A DNA stretch of 64,000 bases, from contig JBKBYA010000001.1 in assembly GCA_046313635.1 (NCBI GenBank), forward strand, positions 128,001 through 192,000, written 5' to 3'. Position numbers and translations under genes: made by a program. Shown one piece after another: positions 53,473-63,291 of the stretch; the stretch's first letter is position 1, and each line of letters opens with the position of its first letter. The notes beneath the pieces were generated by a model. The model had not been told where the DNA came from. It ran no database searches and saw nothing but the letters and a program-made list of their open reading frames with translations. Origin of the DNA: Pyrinomonadaceae bacterium (GTDB taxonomy: Bacteria; Acidobacteriota; Blastocatellia; Pyrinomonadales; Pyrinomonadaceae).

Positions 53473-53970
53473 ATGAAAGAGAAAGACGCGATCGAGCCTG
53501 GCGAGCTGACCGACGAGCAGAAGCGAGATAACGTCATCCGCTATGCATTCGGCGGCGACGTCGCGCGGCTGCAGCGGTTTTGCGAGACGCTCGCCGCGGA
53601 GCTCCCGCCGGAGACGGCGGCCGTGCTCGGCGGCAGTTCGGTCACGGGCTTTCGCTGGGAGGACGGCGAGCCTTTTGACGCCGGCGGGCCGGGCACGAGC
53701 GATATCGATCTCACGCTCGTCGGCGACGAGGTGCTGCAGCATTTTTCGCTTGCGGGATCTTACGTTCCCGGCGTACACACGCGGCCGCTGAATGACGAGA
53801 CGCTCGACATCGCGCCGGCGCTCGTGCCGCTGAGAGAAAAGCTGATGGAGATCGTCGACGGCCGGCCGGTCAACATCCAGGCGACGCGCGATTTTTATGT
53901 CTGGGTGCGTGAGCACTGGCTCGGCCAGCCGTATTTGCTGATCGTCGGCAAGGTCGGCGACGCGTCGTGA
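53473..53970 (+). CDS. Hypothetical protein with a Pol-beta-type nucleotidyltransferase signature
   Basis: VLGGSSVTG ... SDIDLTLV (hG[GS]...DhD pattern). Confidence 0.65.
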   Translation: MKEKDAIEPGELTDEQKRDNVIRYAFGGDVARLQRFCETLAAELPPETAAVLGGSSVTGFRWEDGEPFDAGGPGTSDIDLTLVGDEVLQHFSLAGSYVPGVHTRPLNDETLDIAPALVPLREKLMEIVDGRPVNIQATRDFYVWVREHWLGQPYLLIVGKVGDAS

Positions 53971-54716
53971 TGCGGATCAGGCTGATGAGTTACAACATCC
54001 GCTTTGGCGGCGAGGCCCGCGACGGCCTGATCGCGTCGGTCGTGCGTGCCTGCGACGCCGACATCGTCGTTCTGCAAGAAGCGACAGATCCGGACGTAGT
54101 CGAGCGGATCGCGCGCGGAGCCGGTATGAGCACGTGGGCATCGCGGCCCGGTCACTCGACGGCGTTTCTCAGCCGCGTCGCGATCGAGAGTTTCCGGTGG
54201 ATAGAGCATCCAGAGGTACGTCGAACGTTCATCGAGATCAAGCCCGCCGGGTCTCATACCAAGATCTTTGGTGTGCATCTGAGCGCGGTGCATTCAAACT
54301 GGACCGAGCGGCGGCGCGTGCGCGAGCTGCGAGCGCTGCTGCACTGCATCAACGAGGACCGCAAAGATTTTCACGTCATCACGGGCGACTTTAATACGCT
54401 CGCGCCGGGCGAACGGCTCGAAATGCGGCGGCTGCCGCGGCGACTGCGGCTCGTCGCGCTCTTGCTCGGCGGGCGGGTTCGCTTTCGCACGATACAGATC
54501 ATGCTCGACGAAGGCTACACCGACGCGTATCGCCTGCTGCATCGGGACGAAGGCTACACGTTTCCCGTTTGGGACCCGCACGTGCGGCTCGATTACGTCT
54601 TTGTGCCGAGCATTGCAAAAGATTGCGTGCAAAGCTGCGCGGTCGTCGGCGACGCGCCAAACGTGCGCGAGGCCTCGGACCACTTTCCGCTGGTGGCCGA
54701 GATAGAGTTACCTTAG
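53970..54716 (+). CDS. Endonuclease/exonuclease/phosphatase (EEP) family protein
   Basis: MSYNI, DIVVLQE, VHL, GDFN, RLDYVF, SDHFP; TGATG overlap with the upstream gene. Confidence 0.92.
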   Translation: MRIRLMSYNIRFGGEARDGLIASVVRACDADIVVLQEATDPDVVERIARGAGMSTWASRPGHSTAFLSRVAIESFRWIEHPEVRRTFIEIKPAGSHTKIFGVHLSAVHSNWTERRRVRELRALLHCINEDRKDFHVITGDFNTLAPGERLEMRRLPRRLRLVALLLGGRVRFRTIQIMLDEGYTDAYRLLHRDEGYTFPVWDPHVRLDYVFVPSIAKDCVQSCAVVGDAPNVREASDHFPLVAEIELP

Positions 54717-54718
54717 AA

Positions 54719-54777
54719 CCTTTGCGGTCTTTGCGTCTTTGCGGGAGCAATTTCCCGCAGAGCCGCAAAGACGCGGA
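54719..54777. repeat. REP-like hairpin family, copy 5
   Basis: cctttgcggtctttgcgtctttgcgggagcaatttcccgcagagccgcaaagacgcggag. Confidence 0.9.
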
Positions 54778-54791
54778 GGAGAGGAATCTTT

Positions 54792-55700
54792 TTGGACGGA
54801 ATTCTCATCATCGACAAGCCCTCGGGCCTCACATCTCACGATGTCGTCGCTCGCGTGCGGCGAATATTCAAGACGAAGCGCGTCGGTCACACCGGCACGC
54901 TCGACCCTTTTGCGACGGGCGTGATGGTCGTCGTCATCGGCCGCGCGACGCGGCTCGCGCAGTTTCTAGATAAGGACGTCAAAGAGTATGTCGCCGAGAT
55001 ACAATTCGGCGCCGAGACCGACACCGGAGACCTGACGGGCGAGTTGCGGGATGCTGAGACCTCGCCGACAAAGGACGACGTGACCGCGCGTCTCGCCTCA
55101 GTCGATTGGCAAGACACGATCGCACGATTCACCGGCGAGCAGATGCAGACGCCGCCGATGTACTCGGCAAAAAAGATCGGCGGGCGAAAGCTCTATGAGC
55201 TGGCGCGCAAAGGCGCGACCGTCACGCGCGACGCCGTCCCGATCAACATCTACGAGCTCGCGATCCTCGACGCCGACGCGATTACAAGCGAGGCCAAGCT
55301 CACGATCCGAGTCGTGTGCTCGGCCGGCACTTACATTCGCACACTTGCCGAAGACATCGGCCGTCACATCGGTATCGGCGCCCATCTGACCAAACTGCGC
55401 CGGACGGCGTCGGGAAGATTCGACCTCGGTCAGGCTTGTACGCTCGAATACCTGCACGAGCTGCCCGTTCCAGAAAATGCTCTGCTGCCGCTCGATGCGG
55501 CCGTCTCTCATCTGCCCGAGTTTCAACTGCCCGCCGAGCGTATCGCACCGACCCGCAGCGGAATGTCGACCCGCGTCGGCGAGACAAACTTTCGCGACGG
55601 CGACGCGGTGCGGATGACCGAAGCCGGCGGCAGCGTGATCGCGATCGGCGTATTTGACGCTGGCGACAACTCCATTCGTCCAAAGATCGTTCTGGTATAG
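54792..55700 (+). CDS. truB: tRNA pseudouridine(55) synthase
   Basis: IDKPSG.TSHDVV, GHTGTLDPFATG, PPMYSA.K..G..LYELAR, CSAGTYIRTL. Confidence 0.96.
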   Translation: MDGILIIDKPSGLTSHDVVARVRRIFKTKRVGHTGTLDPFATGVMVVVIGRATRLAQFLDKDVKEYVAEIQFGAETDTGDLTGELRDAETSPTKDDVTARLASVDWQDTIARFTGEQMQTPPMYSAKKIGGRKLYELARKGATVTRDAVPINIYELAILDADAITSEAKLTIRVVCSAGTYIRTLAEDIGRHIGIGAHLTKLRRTASGRFDLGQACTLEYLHELPVPENALLPLDAAVSHLPEFQLPAERIAPTRSGMSTRVGETNFRDGDAVRMTEAGGSVIAIGVFDAGDNSIRPKIVLV

Positions 55701-55762
55701 AATGTTGCCAAAATCCCTCTGCGGCCTTTGCGTTTAAACTCTTTTCAGAAAAGTATCGGCCT

Positions 55763-56764
55763 ATGAAAAAGCGACACATAGCCCTCGGCATCGGCGGAGC
55801 GATCGGTGCGGCGATCGCCGTGAAGATGCTCACTCGTCCGAAGACCGTCGATTGGGACGACGTTTCGGGCGACGTGCCGCACAGCGAGCATTCGCACTTT
55901 ATCGCGGTGGACGGTGCACGCGTCCACTATCAGGAATTTGGCGAGGCGGCCGATCCGACACTGCTCCTGATCCACGGCTACACGGCGTCGGTCACGTCAT
56001 GGCGTACGTCGGCGCCGATGCTGGCCGCGCGCGGCTTTCGCGTGATCGCGATCGACCTGCTTGGTTTTGGCTACTCTGAGAAGCCTCCGTGGTTTGAATA
56101 CTCGATCACCGCGCAGGCCCGCGTCGTCGCGCGATTTATGAATCGCCTCGGCATCGGCCGCGCGACCATCGTCGGCAGCTCGTACGGCGGAGCGGTCGCG
56201 GCAACGCTCGCGCTCGATTATCCCGAACGTGTCGAAAAGCTCGTTCTCGTCTCGGCCGTTTCCGACGACGGCCCAAAGAATCTGCCGATCCTGCGACTCA
56301 GCGCTCTGCCCGGCATCGGCGAGGCGCTGACACCCTTTCTCGCCGGCTCGCGAGCGTTCTGGCGCTTCAGAATGCGTAACACGCTCGCTCCCGCTAATCA
56401 CCACCTGATCGACGACACGCGCGTCGCAAATGTCGTGAGACCGCTGCACGCCGCCGACGCTCACCACAGCCTGCTCGCGACCTCGCGTAACTGGTCGGCC
56501 GAGCGCGTCGGACGCGACGCGCAGTACATCAACCAGCCGACGCTGATCATCTGGGGCGAGGACGACCGCGTCGTCCCGATCGCAGGCGGTCATCGTCTGC
56601 ACGACGCGATATTGAATTCGCGCTTTGTCGTCCTGCGCGACTGCGGACATATGCCGGCCGAAGAAAAGGCCGAGCTCTTTACCGATCTCGTCACCGAATT
56701 TTGCCGCGACCGCAAGGGCAGGCTCGCCGCGAAGGACGACGACAAAATGCGTCTCGAAGCGTAG
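55763..56764 (+). CDS. Alpha/beta fold hydrolase
   Basis: LIHGY, DLLGFGYS, VGSSYGG, IWGEDD, CGH.P.EE. Confidence 0.9.
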   Translation: MKKRHIALGIGGAIGAAIAVKMLTRPKTVDWDDVSGDVPHSEHSHFIAVDGARVHYQEFGEAADPTLLLIHGYTASVTSWRTSAPMLAARGFRVIAIDLLGFGYSEKPPWFEYSITAQARVVARFMNRLGIGRATIVGSSYGGAVAATLALDYPERVEKLVLVSAVSDDGPKNLPILRLSALPGIGEALTPFLAGSRAFWRFRMRNTLAPANHHLIDDTRVANVVRPLHAADAHHSLLATSRNWSAERVGRDAQYINQPTLIIWGEDDRVVPIAGGHRLHDAILNSRFVVLRDCGHMPAEEKAELFTDLVTEFCRDRKGRLAAKDDDKMRLEA

Positions 56765-56769
56765 CGACT

Positions 56770-57222
56770 ATGGCCGCGGGAATGCGAGGCAAACTTATCG
56801 GGGCAGCCGCGGGATTTGTGTACTCGGTCGTCTATTCGTTTTTGGCGCTGATGGCGACCGGCGGCGGTCACGGGAATTTTATTTGGCTCTTTTTGTATTT
56901 CATTCCGGTGCTGGGGCCGCTTGTCTACTTTCCCGTGATGGGGTGGCTCGCCGCCGACCTCCGTTCGATCATCTCGCGGTCGGTCTATATCGCCCTTCTG
57001 ATTGGGGAATACCTCGTTCTGGCATCGCTGACGATCTTTGCCAAGGGCGATGTCGCCGCGGACAATGCAAAGACCTGGGAACGTAATCCCGAAGTCATGT
57101 ATTTCATGGGCGCAGTTTATCTGGCCGGTCAGGTGCCGCTGGTCTTGCTATTGATCAGGAGTTTTCTCCAGGACCGGTGGGAACGAGCCCGCGTCGAGAT
57201 GGACTATTCGAAATATCGATAG
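56770..57222 (+). CDS. Hypothetical membrane protein
   Basis: Four hydrophobic segments, GGGHG motif; starts 5 nt after the upstream stop. Confidence 0.6.
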   Translation: MAAGMRGKLIGAAAGFVYSVVYSFLALMATGGGHGNFIWLFLYFIPVLGPLVYFPVMGWLAADLRSIISRSVYIALLIGEYLVLASLTIFAKGDVAADNAKTWERNPEVMYFMGAVYLAGQVPLVLLLIRSFLQDRWERARVEMDYSKYR

Positions 57223-57881
57223 TGCCCGGTAACCTTCCAGGCGAACAGGCGGTCCTCGAGCTGAACGCCGCCGCCGATGTTGTGAATGATCAGGTAGCGT
57301 CCCGTGCGCTCGTTACGAAGGTGGGACACGATCCCGATGTGCGTCATCCCTCGGCCGTCGAGGTCCCACGAGACGACGTCGCCCGGCCGGTAATTGTCGG
57401 CGGAGTTTGTAAGGGGCAAGGCCTTTCCGCGGCGAGAGAAAAAGGTTTGAAGGTTTGGCACCCGGCGATGGTCGATGTTTGTGTCGGGCCGCGGCAAGCC
57501 CCACTTTTTGGGATACGCCGCAAAGCTGCCGGCCATGTCCTCGTGAACTTCCTTTTGCAGATCGACGCCTGCCGCCCTGAACGCGCGGATCACGACGTCG
57601 GTGCACGAGCCCGTCTCGAGCGGCGGATCGCCGCCGGGATAATCGATCGTGAAATACTCCTGCGAGTAGCCCTTCGTTATCTCGGTCTGTCGAAGCGCGT
57701 TCTCGAGAAGCCGGCGGACCGCGGAGCTTTCGATCTGATCGAGCGGCGGCTGTTCGACCGTTTCGGATACGCTCGTGGACGAAGGCAGAGGCTCGCGCGG
57801 CAGCAGCGACGAGCAGCTCGTCAAAACTAGAATTGCTGCGAGCAGTGACAGACATGAACCGCATCGGAGGAGCAGGGCCAT
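57204..57881 (-). CDS. DUF1287 (YijF-like) lipoprotein
   Basis: Lipobox LTSC; YPGGD, G.CTDVVIRA.R, DLQKEVHEDM, D.NIDHRRVPNL, HIGIV, HNIG. Confidence 0.9.
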   Translation of the reverse strand: MALLLRCGSCLSLLAAILVLTSCSSLLPREPLPSSTSVSETVEQPPLDQIESSAVRRLLENALRQTEITKGYSQEYFTIDYPGGDPPLETGSCTDVVIRAFRAAGVDLQKEVHEDMAGSFAAYPKKWGLPRPDTNIDHRRVPNLQTFFSRRGKALPLTNSADNYRPGDVVSWDLDGRGMTHIGIVSHLRNERTGRYLIIHNIGGGVQLEDRLFAWKVTGHYRYFE

Positions 57882-57903
57882 AGTCGACCGTTATTCTAAT
57901 CCA

Positions 57904-58710
57904 ATGAGCAAGCGGCACGAATACGTGTTCTTCGACGGCGAACTGCGGCGAGCTGCCGACGCCTCGATCGCCGCGCTGAGCCGCGCGGCGCTTTACGGCC
58001 GCGGCGTTTTTACGACGCTGCGTCTGATCGACGGCCGGCCGTTCCTGTGGGAAAAGCATTGGCGGCGGCTCGTCGATAATGCCGCGCGGCTGACGATCGA
58101 TCTAACCGATCATTCCGAGGACACGATCCTGGCCGCACGCGATGAGTTGATAAGCCAAAATGCAGCGACGAACGGGCGTGCCCGCATAACGATCTTTGAC
58201 GGGTCGCCGAGCCCGATGTGGCCGGCGGGGACCGAACGAGGGACAAGCGTTCTCATCTCGACCGCCGGCCCGCGCATCGCTCCGGCCGAATTTCGAATTA
58301 CGGTCTCGCCCTATCGGGTCAATTCGACCTCGCCGCTCGCCGGCGTCAAATCGTGCAATTATCTCGAGAATCTAATGGCGCTCGACGAGGCCAGGGAGCG
58401 CGGTTTTGACGAGGCCGTTCGTTTGAACGAGCGCGGCGAGGTCGCGTCGGCGTCGATGGCAAATATCTTCTGGCTGCGGGACGGACGGCTCTACACGCCT
58501 GCGCTTGCGACCGGCTGTTTGCCGGGCACGACGCGGGAACACATTCTGGAAAACGTGGAATGCTCAGAGGTCAGCGAGCCGGTCGACGCTCTGCATTGCG
58601 CCGACGCGATCTTTCTCACGTCGGCCGGGCTTGGAATTAAAAGCGTCGCGTTCTGGAATGACAAACCTCTCACGGGATCGAGCGACGCGATGCTGCGGTT
58701 GAGTTTCTGA
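57904..58710 (+). CDS. Class IV aminotransferase / aminodeoxychorismate lyase-like
   Basis: YG.GVFTT, H..RL, KS.NY, G.DEA..LN, ANIF, LPGTTR, FLTS. Confidence 0.88.
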   Translation: MSKRHEYVFFDGELRRAADASIAALSRAALYGRGVFTTLRLIDGRPFLWEKHWRRLVDNAARLTIDLTDHSEDTILAARDELISQNAATNGRARITIFDGSPSPMWPAGTERGTSVLISTAGPRIAPAEFRITVSPYRVNSTSPLAGVKSCNYLENLMALDEARERGFDEAVRLNERGEVASASMANIFWLRDGRLYTPALATGCLPGTTREHILENVECSEVSEPVDALHCADAIFLTSAGLGIKSVAFWNDKPLTGSSDAMLRLSF

Positions 58711-58756
58711 CTGGCTTCGATGGACGTGCGGTGTGCGTTGATCGCGAGGATCTTTA

Positions 58757-58995
58757 AAGCGGATGAAGCGGATGGGCCGGATGATGCCGATCGGACACGG
58801 GTTAGTGGGCCGCACTCGTTTACGAGTTTATTCCTTTTGGCCGGATCCGTTCGATCGGGCGCATCCCCTGCCCAATTTCGCCGGTCGGCTAAAACGCTGA
58901 TCCAAGCGCGTTCACCGACGGTCCAATCCCTTCTGCCGAAGCGCAAAAACACGAATGCCCGCGGATCCGACGGTCCGCGAACATTCGTGTTTTCT
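58757..58995. repeat. Two degenerate 9-nt-periodic inverted repeats
   Basis: AGCGGATG/GCCGGATG units with an ATCCG arm; AAAACACGAATG...CATTCGTGTTTT. Confidence 0.55.
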
Positions 58996-59012
58996 TCGAG
59001 CTTGTCTTGCGG

Positions 59013-59222
59013 CTAGCCTGCCGTCTCGAAAAGCTGCAGGATCTGCTTGCCCTCGGCCGAACGCGGATCGATCGTGCGGATGTGCCTACGGCCCTGCATC
59101 TCCCAGATGGCCGTAACATTACCGTCCTTTTCGACGGCCTGATAGTGCATATCCTCCGCCTGCTCTTCCGTCGGCTCTTCGGGTGCCGCAGCCTCTGCCG
59201 CTTTCACTGCTTCTTCTGACAT
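59013..59222 (-). CDS. Hypothetical protein (69 aa)
   Basis: GAGGAG SD; acidic N-terminus; protein-like composition. Confidence 0.6.
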   Translation of the reverse strand: MSEEAVKAAEAAAPEEPTEEQAEDMHYQAVEKDGNVTAIWEMQGRRHIRTIDPRSAEGKQILQLFETAG

Positions 59223-59321
59223 CTAAACAAAAAATCTCCTCAAAACTATTATCAAAATTGAACTCTTTGAATGTTGAGATTCTGACACAGCGTGCCCGTG
59301 ATTGTCGAGGATTGTCGAGAG

Positions 59322-59540
59322 CTATCTGATCGCTTTGATGAACTTTTCGATCGGAATTTCCGCATCCCGCAGGGCTCCCTTCAGCGTAAAACGATCGACC
59401 TCGTCGTGAAACGGGAAGACGATGATCCGCCCGTCCGCATGCCGCATCTTCACATGACTGCCTTTGCGAGCGACTTCATCAAAACCAAGCCGTTCGAGTG
59501 CTCACTCAACCTGCTTGCCCGACAGCAGCGGCAGCTTCAT
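59322..59540 (-). pseudogene. hicA: HicA toxin with an internal stop at codon 13 (absent from ORF track)
   Basis: MKLPLLSGKQVE*ALERLGF...RKGSHVKMRH.DGR...P.H....TL..ALR; ATGA overlap with hicB. Confidence 0.85.
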
Positions 59541-59740
59541 ACAGCAAGCTCGACCAACTCGCGGCCGGCGCCCGGAACAAAATCCGTCGAGTCCGGCTCG
59601 AGATACAGATCGATCGCCTCGCGGATATTCTCGATTGCTTCTTCGCGCGTTTTGCCTTGGGACCAACAGCCCTTGAGCGCCGGCACGCGGGCCACGAAGT
59701 AGCCGTCCTCGCCAGATTCGACAATGACCTTGATCTTCAT
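59537..59740 (-). CDS. hicB: HicB-family antitoxin
   Basis: EDGYFVA.VP.L.GC.SQG.T.EEA..NI.EAI.LYLE. Confidence 0.92.
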   Translation of the reverse strand: MKIKVIVESGEDGYFVARVPALKGCWSQGKTREEAIENIREAIDLYLEPDSTDFVPGAGRELVELAV

Positions 59741-59761
59741 GGTGCCGAGTTTATCAAAGGA

Positions 59762-61309
59762 TCACTTTGAGCGCCGCGGTGCGAGCTCGTAGAACCAGAA
59801 ATCGTTATTCGGCTGGTCGATCTTCATCTCGTCGGTCTTACCGTTCTTATCGAGGGTAAAGGTCACGAAGCCGCGCGGGAAGTTGTACGAGACGCTCGGC
59901 CGCCATTTGATGACAAAGGTGTCGTAGTGCCAATGCTCGAGGTCGGCGACGAAGTTGGGTGCCGGCAAGAATCTCATCACGAGCCTGCCGTTCTCTTCCG
60001 CGACGGTGATATCGCCGTACATCCTGTCCGAATACGTGCCTGTGTAGCCCGAGAGCGAGAGCGACGGCTTTGTGCCGGCGACGCGTGCGGCGTCCTGCTT
60101 TTTGATCTCGTCCTCGGCCGCCGTCTTGATGCGTTTTTGCTGCTCGACCGCCTCGGCGAGGTAGTCGCGCGCCGGCGCGCCCACGAGCACGTCGCGGATC
60201 TTGTTCATCATCACGGCGAAGTCCGGATATTCGCTGTTGGTCAGCACGACAAAGCCGGCGTTCTCCTCCGGAATGAGAACGGTGTACGAGAGCATCCCGT
60301 CGAGGCCGCCGCTGTGGTTGATGATCTTGCGGCCGTGATAGTCGTAAACGAACCAGCCCATCGCGACTCCGCTAAAGTGGCGCGTCGGATTGCCCTTCCA
60401 TGCGTTCTCCGAGATCTGCTGCGCGAGATACGGCTGGTGCATCGCCCACGCCTGCTGCTCGCTGAAGATCTGCTTGCCCTCGAATTTACCCTTCGCGAGC
60501 TGCGTGCGGACCCATTTCGAGAGATCGGCGACCGACGAGTTGAGCGCGACCGCGCCGTAGCCGCCGTTGACGTTGCCGTGCGGCAGAGGCCGGAGCTTGC
60601 CGCCCGATTCGTTGTGCGGGATCGCCGCATTTTGACCGAGATCGCCGAATCCGCACGTCGTCGAACTCATCCTGAGCGGGTCGAGTATCCGCTCGCGGAC
60701 GACCGTACACCAAGGCTTGCCGGTAACGCGCTCGATGATCTTGCCGGCAGCGATGTACATCAGATTCTGGTATCCGTACCGCGTGCGAAAGCTCGAGACA
60801 GGCTTGAGATATCGCACTCGCTTGAGAATGTCGTCGCTGGTGTATGTCGTCTCGTACCAGAGCAGGTCGCCGCTGAAGGTGTCGAGCCCGACGCGGTGCG
60901 TGACGAGATCGCGGATCGTGAGCTCGCTCGTCACCCACGGGTCGTACATCTCAAAGTCGGGCAGATATTTTGACACCTTATCGTCCCAGGCGATCTTCTT
61001 TTCGTCGACGAGCGTCGCGAGCAGGCCGGTCGTAAATGCCTTGGAATTTGAGGCGATGGCAAAGATCGTGTTCTCGTCGATAGGCGCCGGCTTGCCGATC
61101 TCGCGCAGGCCGTAGCCTTTTTGAAAGACGACACGATCGTCCTTGACGACCGCGATCGCCATTCCCGGTCCCGGCCACTGCGCGGCGACCTTTTGGGCGT
61201 ACGCGTCGATCTCCTTGAGCCTGTCGTCGAGCGCGGCGGCAGGCTGCTGGGCGTTGACAACTAGCTGAAAAACAACGACGAGGGCAAAAAAACTGAAGGC
61301 TTTCTTCAT
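59762..61309 (-). CDS. Serine hydrolase (beta-lactamase/AmpC-like) with C-terminal DUF3471
   Basis: Signal peptide; IASNSK (SxxK), YQN, HSGG, YTGTY....YG. Confidence 0.9.
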   Translation of the reverse strand: MKKAFSFFALVVVFQLVVNAQQPAAALDDRLKEIDAYAQKVAAQWPGPGMAIAVVKDDRVVFQKGYGLREIGKPAPIDENTIFAIASNSKAFTTGLLATLVDEKKIAWDDKVSKYLPDFEMYDPWVTSELTIRDLVTHRVGLDTFSGDLLWYETTYTSDDILKRVRYLKPVSSFRTRYGYQNLMYIAAGKIIERVTGKPWCTVVRERILDPLRMSSTTCGFGDLGQNAAIPHNESGGKLRPLPHGNVNGGYGAVALNSSVADLSKWVRTQLAKGKFEGKQIFSEQQAWAMHQPYLAQQISENAWKGNPTRHFSGVAMGWFVYDYHGRKIINHSGGLDGMLSYTVLIPEENAGFVVLTNSEYPDFAVMMNKIRDVLVGAPARDYLAEAVEQQKRIKTAAEDEIKKQDAARVAGTKPSLSLSGYTGTYSDRMYGDITVAEENGRLVMRFLPAPNFVADLEHWHYDTFVIKWRPSVSYNFPRGFVTFTLDKNGKTDEMKIDQPNNDFWFYELAPRRSK

Positions 61310-61484
61310 GGCTTTGAATTTTACGCAAAAACCGTTTTGAATGTTTGATCCGGCACCCGGCGCTTGGCTGAACGCGGCCGATCGTGATCGATGCCCCGCC
61401 GGCGCGTTCGGCTCGCCCGGGGCGGCCGCGCGCGTCTTCGACTGTCTTTCAAAACAACCACGGTTTCGATATTCTTGCGCTCGC

Positions 61485-63275
61485 ATGCTTGATCCTATCG
61501 CGCTGACTTTGCTGCTCCTGCTGCTGGCGATTATCCTCTTCGGCACGGAGCGGATACCGGTCGATATCGTCGGCATCCTGCTCGTGATCGCGCTCGTCGC
61601 GACGCAGGTGCTCAAGATCGACGAGGCCGTGGCCGGCTTTGGCAACGACGTGATCATCACGATCGGAGGCCTCTTTATCCTCGTCGGCGGGCTCGTCAAG
61701 ACGGGTACGGTCGATCTCATCGGCCGGCGTCTGCACGCGATCGCGGGCGACAGCGAATTTGTCCTGACGATGCTCATCATGCTCGCCGCGGCTCTGTCGG
61801 CGTGCGTTCTAAAAAATACGACGACCACCGCGATGTTCCTGCCGGTGGTGATCGGTCTTGCGGCAAAGGCCCGCGTCGCGCCGTCAAAGCTGCTGATGCC
61901 GCTCGCCTTTGGCGCGATACTCGGCGGCAGCTGCACGCTGATCGGCACGTCGACCAATCTCGCCGTCAGCGGAGCGATCCAGCGCTACGGCCAATCGCCT
62001 TTTTCGATGTTTGAACTGACGAGCGTCGGCGTCATCACCTTTCTCTCAGGACTGATCTACATGCTGCTCGTAGGCCGCAAGATGCTGCCGCGGCGCGGAG
62101 GCGAAGACTCGCTGACCGAACAGTACCATATTCGAGATTACATCTCGGAGCTGTTAGTGCTGCCCGACTCGCCGCTCGAGGGCAAGACGCTGGGCGAGAC
62201 AAATATCGGTACCGAGCTTGAGCTGACCGTGCTCGGCATCATCCGCGACGAGCAGCGCATCATCGCGCCCAGCTCATCCGAGTACATTCGCCGCCGCGAC
62301 CGTCTGATCGTCGAGGGCAAGATCACCGACATCCTGCGCGTCAAAGAGGCGGTCGGTCTCGAGATCAAGCCCGACTTTATGCTCAGCGATCGCGAGCTCG
62401 AGAGCGAAAAGGTCGAGCTGTTTGAGGTGATGGTGATGCGGTATTCGCGTTTGGTCGGCCAGACGCTCAAGAGCATCCGCTTCCGGCAGACCTACGGCCT
62501 TACGGTCCTCGCCGTCAACCGCCACGGCGAGACGCTGCTTAACAAGCTGAGCAGCGTGGTGCTGCGGTTTGGCGACGTGCTGCTCGTGCAGGGGACGCGC
62601 GACAAGATCGACCCGCTCGTCGCCGACGGCGAGCTGCTGCTGCTCGAGGACGTCTCGGCATCGACGGCCCGCATCGAAAAGCGGCGATGGGCGCTCGCGG
62701 CGTTTGGTTTGTTTCTCACGCTGTCGCTGCTCAAGGTCTTTGGCGGGCCCGACATTCCGCTCGCGATCTGCGTCCTGGCGGGCGTGCTTTTGCTGCTCGC
62801 GACCCGAACGGTCCGTTACTCGGAGATGTACGACCTGATCGACTTCAGGCTGCTGGTGCTGATCGCATGCATGATGAGCTTTGGCGTCGCGATGGAAAAG
62901 ACCGGCACCGACGAGTATCTCGCCGGCCTGATAACGCACTACTTCAGAGACTACGGGCCCGAGGCGGTGCTTGCGGGCTTCTTTCTCCTCACGGTCGGCC
63001 TCACGCAGCCGATGTCGAATCAGGCCGCCGCGCTCGTCGTGCTGCCGGTCGCGGTCAAGACGGCCGTGAGTCTCGGCCTCAACCCGCGCACCTTTATCGT
63101 CGCGGTGACGTACGCGGCGTCGTTCTCCTTCATCACGCCGCTCGAGCCGGCGTGCGTGCTGGTTTACACGCCGGGACGTTATCGCTTTATGGATTTTGTG
63201 AAGGTCGGGACGATCCTGACGGTGATCGTCTTTGTCGTGTCGATCACGCTCGTGCCGATATTCTGGCCGTTTTGA
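61485..63275 (+). CDS. SLC13-family permease with two TrkA-C domains
   Basis: SKLLMPL.FG..LGG..TLIGTSTN, RCK-C repeats, MSNQAAA, SFITP, G.YRF.DF.KVG. Confidence 0.92.
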   Translation: MLDPIALTLLLLLLAIILFGTERIPVDIVGILLVIALVATQVLKIDEAVAGFGNDVIITIGGLFILVGGLVKTGTVDLIGRRLHAIAGDSEFVLTMLIMLAAALSACVLKNTTTTAMFLPVVIGLAAKARVAPSKLLMPLAFGAILGGSCTLIGTSTNLAVSGAIQRYGQSPFSMFELTSVGVITFLSGLIYMLLVGRKMLPRRGGEDSLTEQYHIRDYISELLVLPDSPLEGKTLGETNIGTELELTVLGIIRDEQRIIAPSSSEYIRRRDRLIVEGKITDILRVKEAVGLEIKPDFMLSDRELESEKVELFEVMVMRYSRLVGQTLKSIRFRQTYGLTVLAVNRHGETLLNKLSSVVLRFGDVLLVQGTRDKIDPLVADGELLLLEDVSASTARIEKRRWALAAFGLFLTLSLLKVFGGPDIPLAICVLAGVLLLLATRTVRYSEMYDLIDFRLLVLIACMMSFGVAMEKTGTDEYLAGLITHYFRDYGPEAVLAGFFLLTVGLTQPMSNQAAALVVLPVAVKTAVSLGLNPRTFIVAVTYAASFSFITPLEPACVLVYTPGRYRFMDFVKVGTILTVIVFVVSITLVPIFWPF

Positions 63276-63291
63276 CGGCGCCGCCGGATGA

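Noticed and set aside
59502..59504. In-frame TGA in hicA as selenocysteine or genetic-code reassignment
   Set aside because: Many genes here end in TGA, the position is not a Cys site, and no SECIS-like stem is evident; a nonsense mutation is simpler
59762..61957. 731-aa ORF as a fusion protein
   Set aside because: The first 216 codons overlap the SLC13 gene antisense; the likely real start is the signal peptide at 61309
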